Shown here piece after piece: positions 9,387 through 18,494 of a stretch of 64,000 nucleotides of DNA (positions are counted from its first letter, which is position 1; every line of letters starts with the position of its first letter). A program made the position numbers and the translations under genes. The stretch covers positions 62,001 through 126,000 of IMG/VR virus record IMGVR_UViG_3300022839_000006; one strand, written 5' to 3'. The notes under the pieces are model-generated. The model was not told the DNA's origin. It made no database searches and saw only the letters and a list, made by a program, of their open reading frames with translations.

Positions 9387-10019
9387 ATGGAACACCTGAC
9401 ATTTGTAGTTGCAGACATTCACGGACGCTTTGATCTTCTGGAATTGGCACTAAAAGAGATCGACTTACAGGGTGGGAAGAATATAATCTTTACAGGCGAT
9501 TACATTGACCGTGGTCCTCAAAGCCGTGAAGTTGTTGAGCTATTGATTGCAGGCCCTCAAGATAATGATTGTACCTGGTCATTCATCAAGGGCAACCACG
9601 AAGACATGATTCTCCACTGTATAGACGGAACAGACATCGAATGGTGGATTCAACACGGCGGTGACACAACAATCAAATCGTACGGCAGCAATATTCCTGC
9701 CAAACATCTTCAATGGTTTGATGAGATGCCTCGTTTGCTGTGGGATACACATCGAGTATACGTCCATGCAGGAGTGTCTGAATCACATTCACTTGATAAT
9801 CAGCCTGACCAAACAACACAGTGGCATCGTTACGGAAAGAATGAAGATATTGGCTACCACGATAAACACGTAGTTCATGGACACACAATTGGTACAAAGT
9901 TTCTTGTAAACCGTACCAATTTAGATGCAGGATCTTTTCGCACGGGAAGATTGACTGTCGGCGTGTTTGATGACAACAAAGAGGGTGGGCCCATTCGCAC
10001 GATTGGGATCTCTGTCTAA
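9387..10019 (+). CDS. metallophosphoesterase (Ser/Thr protein phosphatase, lambda NinI/PrpA-like)
   Basis: DIHG, GDYIDRG, GNHE, HAG, HGHT motifs; likely start 9387. Confidence 0.92.
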   Translation: MEHLTFVVADIHGRFDLLELALKEIDLQGGKNIIFTGDYIDRGPQSREVVELLIAGPQDNDCTWSFIKGNHEDMILHCIDGTDIEWWIQHGGDTTIKSYGSNIPAKHLQWFDEMPRLLWDTHRVYVHAGVSESHSLDNQPDQTTQWHRYGKNEDIGYHDKHVVHGHTIGTKFLVNRTNLDAGSFRTGRLTVGVFDDNKEGGPIRTIGISV

Positions 10020-10120
10020 AGTTTTAAAAGAGACTGAGACAATCACATTTTGGAGGATAATTATACTATGAACATTGTTACAATTCCACTTGAAAACCAT
10101 AAATAGTATCGAAAGAAGGA

Positions 10121-10435
10121 TTGTTAAACGTGGTATATTCATACATTAAAAGACTCGGCATAGCTATCTCTATTCTACTCAATGTAATTTTTGGCGGAGA
10201 TTCCAACCAGACATTTAGTGCAAGGAATTACGGGTGGAAGAGAGAACAAAAGTTAAATCTTGTCTGGACAATAGACTTACTTTTTCGCGTGTTGTTTAAA
10301 GACGATGACCATTGCCTTCAGTCGTGGGTTTATTGGTATGTGAGAACAAGCTCTTATGAGGTGACGTCCGAAGTTCAAAGAACTCGTAATGACATGCTAG
10401 AAGGATTGAAGAAAATTGATAAAAATTTACGGTAA
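10121..10435 (+). CDS. hypothetical protein
   Basis: LNVIFGGDSNQTFSAR ... ID.LF...DHC pattern of a small phage protein family. Confidence 0.65.
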   Translation: MLNVVYSYIKRLGIAISILLNVIFGGDSNQTFSARNYGWKREQKLNLVWTIDLLFRVLFKDDDHCLQSWVYWYVRTSSYEVTSEVQRTRNDMLEGLKKIDKNLR

Positions 10436-10667
10436 CCAAACTTGTGCGTTTTGTCTACGTGCTAAACGTCTTGCACATTCCTACAATCTGAGGTACGAGT
10501 GGGTAGACACAGACATTGACGAGAATCTCGATGAGCTGAGAAGGCTACGTCCTGGTTTCAAAACAATTCCTCAAATTTGGTGGTATGACAAGTATGTTGG
10601 TGGTTACAATGAGTTTGCCACAGCTGTAGGGGAAACGATAGGTGGTTTTGGCGATGGAAGGCTGTAA
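10416..10667 (+). CDS. glutaredoxin
   Basis: CAFC active site, TIPQI cis-Pro loop, VGGY. Confidence 0.92.
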   Translation: MIKIYGNQTCAFCLRAKRLAHSYNLRYEWVDTDIDENLDELRRLRPGFKTIPQIWWYDKYVGGYNEFATAVGETIGGFGDGRL

Positions 10668-10678
10668 GAGGTCTGAGT

Positions 10679-10933
10679 GTGGCACCGCAGAATCTTGAGA
10701 AAATGCTTGTAATGGTCATGGGCCGTGAAAAGTGTTCCTTGGTTGCAGCTCTCGAGATTGTGTTCGATTATTATTGTGTTAATGGTGATGATGTGTATGA
10801 TGTTGTAGAATTTCTTGAATGTGGTCTTCCTGATCTAGACACAGTGTCACACTTCATGAAAATCTGGACAGGAGAAGAGAGCGATCTCGTGTTAAAAACG
10901 CGCGCTAAAAACGAAAAATTGAGAGGAATTTAA
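10679..10933 (+). CDS. hypothetical protein
   Basis: GAGG SD, GTG start. Confidence 0.6.
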   Translation: MAPQNLEKMLVMVMGREKCSLVAALEIVFDYYCVNGDDVYDVVEFLECGLPDLDTVSHFMKIWTGEESDLVLKTRAKNEKLRGI

Positions 10934-10936
10934 ATA

Positions 10937-11326
10937 ATGAATCTACACGACCATTTAAGACGACAGATGGCCTTCAGTAGGGCTACATATGGACCAGGCG
11001 ATCGCCTAGGCGGAGTAACAGACCATATTACCAAAGAACTAGTCGAAGTTAAAGAGGCAGGTGATCCGCGTGAATGGGTGGATCTTGTACTTCTTTCCCT
11101 TGATGGTTTGTGGAGAAGCCTAGCTTATGACGGTCAAGACCCATACATTGGAATGTATACAAGCGGAGGCAAAAAGGCATTGGAGAACAATTGGGACAAC
11201 ATCCCTGAAATTATTACGTTGCTCATTCAAGAAAAACAATCCAGGAATGAGCAACGAACATGGCCTGATTGGAGAGGTGCTGATCCCACAAAAGCAATTG
11301 AGCGCGATCGATCGATCGAAGGCTGA
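10937..11326 (+). CDS. DUF550-family (MazG-like) dNTP pyrophosphohydrolase
   Basis: S.ATYGPG, DHITKEL.EV, EWVDL..L.LDG.WR, N..R.WPDWR..DP.KAIE. Confidence 0.8.
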   Translation: MNLHDHLRRQMAFSRATYGPGDRLGGVTDHITKELVEVKEAGDPREWVDLVLLSLDGLWRSLAYDGQDPYIGMYTSGGKKALENNWDNIPEIITLLIQEKQSRNEQRTWPDWRGADPTKAIERDRSIEG

Positions 11327-11360
11327 TTAGGTTAATAAATAAGCCTAAAAGGGGACGTTT

Positions 11361-11951
11361 ATGATTCTTGCAGGCATTGATTACAGTATGACATCACCAT
11401 CGATATGTGTTCACGATGGTGCAGAGTGGTCGATTGACAATTGCACCTTCCATTACATCGTTCAAAGAGACAAACACCTCGTGGTTACAAAACAGCTGCG
11501 CGGAAGTCTATATCCTGAATGGTCTTTGCTTGAGCAAAGATTTGACAACTTAGCAAAATGGTCACTTGGTGTTCTCCTTGAACACCAAGTTTCTTCCGTG
11601 ATGATAGAAGGTTATAGCTATGGAAGTAGCTCAAGTAGACTATTCCAAATCGCGGAGAACGGTGGAACACTAAAGCAAGCAATATGGAAAAGTAATATTC
11701 CATTTGCAGTCACACCGCCCACTGTAATTAAAAAATTAGCCACATCTAAAGGAAATTCCAACAAAGAAAAAATGTGGGATTCTTTCATCGAGGAGACCTC
11801 CCTCAATCTGTTCAATATTCTCGGCCAAGAAGAAAAAAAGAATTGGAATCCCGTATCAGACATGGTCGACGCGTACTATTTGGCAAAACACTGCTTCAAC
11901 GAACAGCACCCTCTACCCTTTATCTTAGAGCGTAACTCTATTATCGTCTAA
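11361..11951 (+). CDS. RuvC-like Holliday junction resolvase/endonuclease
   Basis: GIDYS, IEGYSYGS, PTVIKK..T.KGN..K, D..DAY. Confidence 0.85.
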   Translation: MILAGIDYSMTSPSICVHDGAEWSIDNCTFHYIVQRDKHLVVTKQLRGSLYPEWSLLEQRFDNLAKWSLGVLLEHQVSSVMIEGYSYGSSSSRLFQIAENGGTLKQAIWKSNIPFAVTPPTVIKKLATSKGNSNKEKMWDSFIEETSLNLFNILGQEEKKNWNPVSDMVDAYYLAKHCFNEQHPLPFILERNSIIV

Positions 11952-11967
11952 ATGCAAATTAAGTCAA
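11909..11967 (-). promoter_or_regulatory. antisense sigma70-like promoter element (TTGACT-16-GATAAT plus conserved downstream motif)
   Basis: -35 at 11967-11962, -10 at 11945-11940; downstream agagttacgctctaagataaagggtagaggg resembles the element at 35297. Confidence 0.55.
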
Positions 11968-12259
11968 CTGCAAAAAGCGTACAGTCACATTCTTATTTGT
12001 GGTTGACAGCGTCCCCTTTGTAGGGGATGTTTCAAGAGTAGATCAAATAGGATACACGTTGTGCTGATGCTCGATAATGTACTGAATCGCCTGAAAAATC
12101 TTAACGACGTACAATCGGTTAATATGATTGACATTCTTTGACAGATGTACTACCTTTAATGTACAAGGAAATCAATTGTCCAAAATTAACAGCCTCATCG
12201 ACGACCATGTAGGCCATCTGAACACGTGATCTAAATTTTATATTATGGAGGGCTACAAT

Positions 12260-12463
12260 ATGCTAATCAAACGTGTGAGCGTCATTACAGGAGTCGAACG
12301 TCAACAGGACATTCCTGTTGATCCCAATGACGTGGTCTTGTGGGACCTTGGGTTGGGCAGCATTGAAGAGTTGATGCCATACCTGTCCGACAACGACCGA
12401 GACTTTATCCTGTCAGGAATTACAACCACAGAATGGCAGGAGGCGTTTGCTGAGTTTGTGTGA
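12260..12463 (+). CDS. conserved T4-like hypothetical protein
   Basis: R.S..TG...DIPV ... MPYLS...R.FI.SGIT..EW pattern; GGAGG SD. Confidence 0.75.
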   Translation: MLIKRVSVITGVERQQDIPVDPNDVVLWDLGLGSIEELMPYLSDNDRDFILSGITTTEWQEAFAEFV

Positions 12464-12476
12464 GAATGCTCTTACC

Positions 12477-12484
12477 TATAAATA
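12477..12484 (+). promoter_or_regulatory. T4-type late promoter TATAAATA
   Basis: Exact consensus ~35 nt upstream of ORF 12520. Confidence 0.7.
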
Positions 12485-12519
12485 TCAGCAAATGAAATCT
12501 TTATGAAAAGAGGAAATGA

Positions 12520-12732
12520 ATGTCAACAAAAAAGATGCTGTTTCTAGAAAATCCGTATGATGTGGAGACGCTCCTAGAATGCATTAAGATTGCTACAGAA
12601 CATAATCGAGAATTAGTATACATGGACAGATTGGTAGGAATGTTAAGACTCGATCCTGAGGCCGATTTGATTAATCTAAACTACCGTATAATGCACGACT
12701 TGTCACTGTTGAAACTCGAACCTGTCGAATAA
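12520..12732 (+). CDS. hypothetical protein
   Basis: GAGG SD, follows a late promoter. Confidence 0.7.
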   Translation: MSTKKMLFLENPYDVETLLECIKIATEHNRELVYMDRLVGMLRLDPEADLINLNYRIMHDLSLLKLEPVE

Positions 12733-13011
12733 AGGAATACATCATGGGAAGAACTACACCTCAAAAGGTCAGCGCAACTGTACATCGACCTCTACTCGTC
12801 GACAAACGTAGCTTAACAGTGAAAACGCGTGGTTGACCATCACAAAACAGATTCAAGTCGTCTGTTCATTATTGTCCGGACCAACAACTTGAATCGCGGC
12901 ACATCGAAAGATCGCGCAAGTAAAACGTTTGTGGCAAAGTAAGAAAATATTAACCTAGAATGAGTAGAGCATTGACCTTTACTCATTCTTTCACATCTGA
13001 AAGATACTACA

Positions 13012-13389
13012 ATGCTCGATCAATACAGTAACATCGTAAAATTTCCTAATGGCAAAACTGTAAAACCGTCCACACTTCAAACTGAAGATAATATAGTAGA
13101 TCAGATCTTCGAATTAGAATCTCCTTTGGCTAAGGAGATTTCAGACACACTCTTGAATTACATCTTTGGTGAAATGCAGCGGACAGGTGCAGATATTGAT
13201 ATTGACGATGTGTATCCATCATTGACTCTTGTAATGGGGGCGTTGCAGTCTTTCCAACTGAAATTAATGAACATTCACCATTCACATCAAGACTATGCTG
13301 ATAAAATTTACCGCGGTTCTGACGTTGACCTCCATCTGATTACAGCAGATGCTCAATCATTCTATAAAAATGATAACGGAGATGAATAA
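13012..13389 (+). CDS. hypothetical protein
   Basis: NIVKFP N-terminal motif common in phage proteins; abuts rnh. Confidence 0.75.
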   Translation: MLDQYSNIVKFPNGKTVKPSTLQTEDNIVDQIFELESPLAKEISDTLLNYIFGEMQRTGADIDIDDVYPSLTLVMGALQSFQLKLMNIHHSHQDYADKIYRGSDVDLHLITADAQSFYKNDNGDE

Positions 13390-14250
13390 GTGCCAATACT
13401 AATGGACTACAGCCAGGTCATAATCGCGTCGCTATTTGCCAGCATCGGCAATCACACGAACGTAGAGATATCTGAAGATCTGATTCGACACATGTTCCTT
13501 GTGTCGCTACGCCACAACAGAATGAAGTTTGCTCAAACATATGGCGAGTTGGTAATCTGTTGCGATGGCAAGAATTCATGGCGTCGCGAGTTGTTTCCAT
13601 ACTACAAGGCGTCGCGTAGATCTGATCGCGAGAAATCTGAACTAAACTGGAGTGAACTGTTTGGAATCATAAACAACATCAGAGAAGAATTGTCTGACCA
13701 CTTCCCATACAAGGTCATTAACGTCGATCAATGCGAAGCAGACGACATCATCGGCGTTGTCTGTCACGAAAACGGCACACAGTTAAACAACGGCAGTGAA
13801 AAGTATCTGATCCTTTCAGGAGACAAAGACTATATTCAGTTGCAAAAATATGCCAACATCGATCAGTACGACCCTACACGAAAAAAATTCATTCGTCACG
13901 ACAATCCTGATCAATACCTCGTCGAGCACATTCTCAAGGGTGACAGAGGCGATGGCGTTCCAAATGCATTGTCTCCAGACAATTGTCTGGCAATTGGCCA
14001 ACGTCAAAAATCAATGACTGCTATAAAGCTTAGTCTGTTTTCAAAATCGCGTGACAACATGGACGAGGAGACACGAGGACGCTTTGATCGGAACAAGCAG
14101 TTGATCGATCTTGGCGAAACGCCTGAGAATTTTCGTCAAGAGATCATTACCGCGTATAACAAAGAAAAAAACATTGGACGCTCTAAACTCTTCAACTACT
14201 TCATTCAGAAGCAACTCAAACACCTCATGACAGATATACAGGACTATTAA
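13390..14250 (+). CDS. rnh: T4 RNase H (5'-3' exonuclease/flap nuclease)
   Basis: WRR..FPYYKA.R, EADDIIG, SGDKDYIQLQ, KGDRGDGVPN. Confidence 0.95.
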   Translation: MPILMDYSQVIIASLFASIGNHTNVEISEDLIRHMFLVSLRHNRMKFAQTYGELVICCDGKNSWRRELFPYYKASRRSDREKSELNWSELFGIINNIREELSDHFPYKVINVDQCEADDIIGVVCHENGTQLNNGSEKYLILSGDKDYIQLQKYANIDQYDPTRKKFIRHDNPDQYLVEHILKGDRGDGVPNALSPDNCLAIGQRQKSMTAIKLSLFSKSRDNMDEETRGRFDRNKQLIDLGETPENFRQEIITAYNKEKNIGRSKLFNYFIQKQLKHLMTDIQDY

Positions 14251-14251
14251 C

Positions 14252-14689
14252 ATGCTACTATCACTATCAGAAATTGTAAACAAAACAATTAAACTCCCTA
14301 CCAAACAGGAAAAAATTGACTGGCTTCAATCAAATAAAAGCGTTCCACTGTTGACTGTGCTCAACATCATGTATAATAAAGACGTACGGATGTTGATTCC
14401 TGATTCTGCCCCACCGTGGAAGAAGAATGGTTATATTGGTGTAGAAGGGATGCTATACAAAGAGACACGCCGCCTTAAAATCTTCATTGAAGGTGGCGGA
14501 TACGACAACCTTCAACAGACGAAGAGGGAACAATTGTTCATTTCCCTACTTGAAGATGTGGATGACAATGACGCAGACCTTCTGTGTCAAATGATTGCAC
14601 AGAAGTCACTAAAGGGTATGTCACGTACTGTTGTAGCTGAAGCGTTCCCTGAATTAAACTTGAAATCTGAAGTTAAAGAGGATCTATAA
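14252..14689 (+). CDS. conserved T4-like hypothetical protein
   Basis: LY.E.RRL..F..GG...L...KRE.LFI.LLE pattern, typically found next to rnh. Confidence 0.8.
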   Translation: MLLSLSEIVNKTIKLPTKQEKIDWLQSNKSVPLLTVLNIMYNKDVRMLIPDSAPPWKKNGYIGVEGMLYKETRRLKIFIEGGGYDNLQQTKREQLFISLLEDVDDNDADLLCQMIAQKSLKGMSRTVVAEAFPELNLKSEVKEDL

Positions 14690-14690
14690 G

Positions 14691-14852
14691 ATGGCAAAAT
14701 CATTCCGCAAATTCCGTGAAGATTCGTACGGCGATTGGGACGATCAAGACAACGACATCCGCGAAAAGCACAAAAAAATGGAATCGAGACGTGATCAACG
14801 ACGGAAGAAGCTGAGCGAACAGCAGTCAGTAAACGACACAGATGAACAGTGA
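14691..14852 (+). CDS. small charged hypothetical protein (53 aa, not in ORF track)
   Basis: Read by eye: MAKSFRKFREDSYGDWDD...; GAGG SD. Confidence 0.65.
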   Translation: MAKSFRKFREDSYGDWDDQDNDIREKHKKMESRRDQRRKKLSEQQSVNDTDEQ

Positions 14853-15435
14853 ACGAACCATCCTTGTGGATGTTGACGGTGTTCTCTTGAACTGGATCGT
14901 GTCTTTCGAACGATGGATGCGATCTAGAAACTACAAAAAGAAAAACCGATCAATGTATAGGATCGAAGATGTGTATGGTATTACGTCCTCCGACGCACAC
15001 AAAGAGATTGTCAGTTTCCACAACAGTAAATATATTGGATTGCTCCCTTCTTTCAGAGATGCAAGAAAATACGTAAGAAAACTTCACGTGGAGCATGGAT
15101 ACGTCTTTCACTGTGTAACTGCTATTCCTGATTCAGATCACATTAAAAAAATGCGACATCAAAACATTGATGGAATATTCGGTTCGAATGCAATCAAGAA
15201 AATTGACTGTGTCACAAAGAGTACTAACAAGGAGGCGATACTTGCACAGTATGCAGGATCGGGCGCTCCATGGGTCGAAGATTTGTACTCTAATGTCCTC
15301 ACAGGCCAGAAAGTTGGTCTCACACCTTATATAATGGATCATTGGTACAACCGCCAAGCTGAAGAAGAAAAAGGTGTTGTTCGTGTAAAAAACTGGGCCA
15401 ATCTTTACGAACTTATTGTATCTACACATAAATAG
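14842..15435 (+). CDS. HAD-family 5'(3')-deoxyribonucleotidase
   Basis: ILVDVDGVL motif I, WVED motif IV, DHWYN, RVKNW. Confidence 0.85.
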   Translation: MNSERTILVDVDGVLLNWIVSFERWMRSRNYKKKNRSMYRIEDVYGITSSDAHKEIVSFHNSKYIGLLPSFRDARKYVRKLHVEHGYVFHCVTAIPDSDHIKKMRHQNIDGIFGSNAIKKIDCVTKSTNKEAILAQYAGSGAPWVEDLYSNVLTGQKVGLTPYIMDHWYNRQAEEEKGVVRVKNWANLYELIVSTHK

Positions 15436-15469
15436 ATTTGTAAAGATCTGTTGTAATGAGACACAATTG

Positions 15470-15504
15470 AGCGGTTCTTTTACAGAACCGCTTTTCGCTT
15501 TTTT
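15470..15504 (+). terminator. putative intrinsic terminator
   Basis: agcggttct/agaaccgct 9-bp stem followed by T-rich tract. Confidence 0.55.
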
Positions 15505-15513
15505 GGAGGGCAA

Positions 15514-15750
15514 ATGCCAATATATAGTATCATGAACAAAGAAACTGACGATGTTTTTGAAGTAAACATCAAGTTTGCAGAACTGGACAAATATTTGTCC
15601 GACAATCCCACATACAAACAAGTATTCACAAAATTCCCAAGCTTCGGCGATCCTGTACGTTTGGGCCTTAGAAAGCCTGACGATGGCTTTCGCGATGTAT
15701 TGAGAACTGTCCAACATCACCATAAAAAGGATTCAATCAACACATTCTAA
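15514..15750 (+). CDS. conserved T4-like small protein (FmdB-like, MPxY start)
   Basis: MPIY...YL..NP...DPVRLG..KPD.GFRDVL; usual neighbour of phoH. Confidence 0.75.
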   Translation: MPIYSIMNKETDDVFEVNIKFAELDKYLSDNPTYKQVFTKFPSFGDPVRLGLRKPDDGFRDVLRTVQHHHKKDSINTF

Positions 15751-15789
15751 CCACGTCCTTCCGTTTCTTTAACAAAAATAGGAGTTCAC

Positions 15790-16518
15790 ATGTCCATTAG
15801 ACGTATGACCAAAACAAGAAAAAAGCAACACACTAGAGAAGCTAACCAAATACTGAATGTGAAATTTGGCATGAAGCAAATTGCACCTATCACAGACAAC
15901 CAAGACTTGTTGTTTGAAGCGTACGAAGAAGGAAAAAACATCCTTGCAATTGGCTCAGCAGGAACAGGAAAAACGTTCACAGCTCTCTATTTGGCACTTA
16001 AAGACGTTATGGCAAACAATGACTACAAAGAGATTATCATCGTCAGATCATCGGTCCAATCGCGGGAGCAGGGTCACCTGCCAGGCGACGCAAAGGAAAA
16101 GATGGCATATTTCGAGTCACCATACGCTGACATTGTTAATGAGTTGTTTGGACGTGGTGACGCTTATGAAATTATGAAACAAAAGAACACTATTAGGTTT
16201 ATGAGCACGTCGTTTATTCGCGGACTTACGTTTGACGATGCGCTGATTATTGTCGACGAATGTCAGTCATGCACGTACCACGAGCTCGATAGTATCATAA
16301 CGCGTGTGGGCGAAGGATCTCGCATCATTTTCTGCGGTGATGTGAAGCAAGACGACCTGAAAACAGGTGGTAGAGGACGAAATGACGTATCAGGTCTGAA
16401 AGACTTTGTGAAGGTTCTCAACAACATGTCCTCTGTTCAAACCATTGAATTCACCATAAACGATGTGGTTAGATCAGGACTCGTCAAGGAGTACTTGATA
16501 GCTAAAGAAGCAGCCTAA
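15790..16518 (+). CDS. phoH: PhoH-family ATPase
   Basis: GSAGTGKT, GHLPG, FIRGLTF, IVDECQ, GD..Q.DL, VRSGLVK. Confidence 0.95.
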   Translation: MSIRRMTKTRKKQHTREANQILNVKFGMKQIAPITDNQDLLFEAYEEGKNILAIGSAGTGKTFTALYLALKDVMANNDYKEIIIVRSSVQSREQGHLPGDAKEKMAYFESPYADIVNELFGRGDAYEIMKQKNTIRFMSTSFIRGLTFDDALIIVDECQSCTYHELDSIITRVGEGSRIIFCGDVKQDDLKTGGRGRNDVSGLKDFVKVLNNMSSVQTIEFTINDVVRSGLVKEYLIAKEAA

Positions 16519-16523
16519 GCAAC

Positions 16524-16560
16524 CAAGGGGCATGTTTTTCTCTGATTGACATGCCCCTTG
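16524..16560. repeat. 12-bp stem hairpin between phoH and the late promoter
   Basis: caaggggcatgt / acatgccccttg. Confidence 0.7.
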
Positions 16561-16582
16561 TCTCGCATCTACTTCAATTGGG

Positions 16583-16590
16583 TATAAATA
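16583..16590 (+). promoter_or_regulatory. T4-type late promoter TATAAATA
   Basis: Exact consensus upstream of the PAAR gene. Confidence 0.8.
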
Positions 16591-16621
16591 GTTGTGTAGA
16601 CTATAAGAGTGGAACATCATA

Positions 16622-16927
16622 ATGTCAGCAGTAGCAAGAGTCAGTGTGGATAATGTGAACACAGGACACGGATGTGATAGTATCGCGGGGATAGAAGGTC
16701 AACTACAAACCAAGGTTTTTATAAACGGTTCTCCTGCCGCTGTTATGGGCGACGCAATTGCTTCTCACACAATACTATCAGGTGGAAGCTGTGTGCCACA
16801 CAGCGCTGTCATAAATCAAGGATCGTCAAAGGTTTTCTGTCAAGGGATCGCAATCGCAAGAGTGAACGATTCAGCTGATGCAGGTGCCGTCGCAACAGGG
16901 TCACCTACCTGCTCTGCTGGAGGATAA
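16622..16927 (+). CDS. PAAR-domain tail spike tip protein (T4 gp5.4-like)
   Basis: GHGC, VFINGSPAA..GD, H...GSSKVF..G..IARV.D, GSP. Confidence 0.9.
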   Translation: MSAVARVSVDNVNTGHGCDSIAGIEGQLQTKVFINGSPAAVMGDAIASHTILSGGSCVPHSAVINQGSSKVFCQGIAIARVNDSADAGAVATGSPTCSAGG

Positions 16928-16929
16928 CA

Positions 16930-17409
16930 ATGAAATCGTTAAAAGAATACATGACAACGCGTAAATACGTTTGTGTCAATTACACAAAGGAATCGCAGAA
17001 CCGACTCCGGGAATGGGCTCAAAACAATGGGTTTGACCTAAGCATAGGTTTCAACGGTGCAGACCAAGATCCAACAGACTTTAACTTTCACACAACAATA
17101 TTCTATTCCACGAACGACGTTTATCTTAGAAACCAAGAAATGAGCGAGAGTGAGACAGAAGTATTTGTTACAGGCTTTGACATGTTTGGCGACAACAAAG
17201 ATATACCTGTGCTCATTCTTTCGTATTCAGGCGGACTAAAAGACATCCGTGAACATTTCGAAAGACTTGGACTAGAAGATAAGTATCCAAGATACCGACC
17301 ACACATCTCCCTGTCGTATGTAAGGGAACGAAAAGACGTCTCTAAAATGGAGCTACCAGACTTCAGGCCAAAATTTGATAAAATTGCAATACGTGAGATA
17401 AAGGACTAA
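16930..17409 (+). CDS. acb1: 2H phosphodiesterase, Acb1/T4 gp57B-like (putative anti-CBASS)
   Basis: Paired HxT/HxS motifs FHTTIFYS and RPHISLSY with T4 57B-like spacing and size. Confidence 0.78.
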   Translation: MKSLKEYMTTRKYVCVNYTKESQNRLREWAQNNGFDLSIGFNGADQDPTDFNFHTTIFYSTNDVYLRNQEMSESETEVFVTGFDMFGDNKDIPVLILSYSGGLKDIREHFERLGLEDKYPRYRPHISLSYVRERKDVSKMELPDFRPKFDKIAIREIKD

Positions 17410-17412
17410 CTC

Positions 17413-18069
17413 GTGTTTAATCATGAAACTAATTTTGATCTTCCTGAACTAAGTGCTGAATTGACCGAGAAGGGGCGCTTCTACACCACACCTAACGGCG
17501 ACGTGTATCCGTCTGTCACTACAGTTATAGGACACGGCACAGATAAGTCATTTATTCAGAGGTGGAGAGATCGAGTCGGTGACGTTGAGGCTGATAAAGT
17601 GTTGGCACAAGCTAATCGTAGAGGGACTGCTGTACACGAGATATGTGAGCAGTATCTAAAAAACGATCCGCTATACAAAAAAGGTCACATGCCTGTGAAC
17701 ATTGCAAACTTTCTTGATATGAAGCCCCACTTAGACAAACACATTACAACAGTTGGCGGCTTAGAGATTCCCCTTTATTCAGACAAGTTTCGTGTAGCAG
17801 GTAGAGTTGATTGTCTTGCGAAGTGGGACAATGAGTGGGCAATTGTAGACTTCAAAACAAGCAGAAGAGTTAAGAAGCACGAAGAAATTCACGGTTACTT
17901 TATGCAAGCGAGTTGCTATGCATACATGGTTTATGAGCGGACCAACGTCGTGCCGAAGAACATTGTAATTGTCATGTCCGTGGACGATTCTGATTCTTTG
18001 GTGTTCATCGAGAAGGCGAGAGACTGGTTGCCAAAATTTGTTGTCGTTCGCAACTCTGTTGACCTTTAA
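17413..18069 (+). CDS. PD-(D/E)XK exonuclease (Cas4/RecB-like)
   Basis: YPSVTTV, RGTAVH, AGRVD, VDFKTS, Q...YA. Confidence 0.9.
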   Translation: MFNHETNFDLPELSAELTEKGRFYTTPNGDVYPSVTTVIGHGTDKSFIQRWRDRVGDVEADKVLAQANRRGTAVHEICEQYLKNDPLYKKGHMPVNIANFLDMKPHLDKHITTVGGLEIPLYSDKFRVAGRVDCLAKWDNEWAIVDFKTSRRVKKHEEIHGYFMQASCYAYMVYERTNVVPKNIVIVMSVDDSDSLVFIEKARDWLPKFVVVRNSVDL

Positions 18070-18169
18070 CTGAAATCTCTCTACGTTGATCCTATGAATT
18101 GGTGAGTATACGTAACCGCCTTTTCAGCCTTCTGCACACGATTGTTACCATTGTATTTGAAGGAAAACT

Positions 18170-18481
18170 ATGAAAAATAAACTAACAATCATCGTAGAAC
18201 AGAACCTAGGAATCTTTCTTGGTAATCATGCAGGCATTGCAATTTTCAGTTACAGCGACGCGACGCTTGCCACAAAAGCATATGGATTCAGAAGCAAAGA
18301 TGATGCTAAGAAGTACGTTCGGAATTATCTTAAACACATGAAAAACAATGTTGAATATGTTGTTGTTCCGTGTCCACATCGCGAACATTATGTGACAGTA
18401 GTCGATCTAATTAAGGCAGGACATGCGGACCTTGCTGCAGATCTGTTTCTGAACATGTCCGCACATCCTACATTGCAATAA
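18170..18481 (+). CDS. hypothetical protein
   Basis: AAGGA SD, 103 aa. Confidence 0.7.
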   Translation: MKNKLTIIVEQNLGIFLGNHAGIAIFSYSDATLATKAYGFRSKDDAKKYVRNYLKHMKNNVEYVVVPCPHREHYVTVVDLIKAGHADLAADLFLNMSAHPTLQ

Positions 18482-18494
18482 AAGGAGAACACCA

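Noticed and set aside
11970-12240. tRNA or structured ncRNA in the intergenic gaps (also 12740-13010)
   Set aside because: Only isolated hairpins (e.g. 12957-12989); no cloverleaf, T-loop or CCA pattern seen.
17413-18069. Cas4 implying a CRISPR system
   Set aside because: A stand-alone PD-(D/E)XK exonuclease common in T4-like phages; no Fe-S cysteine cluster, array or other cas genes.
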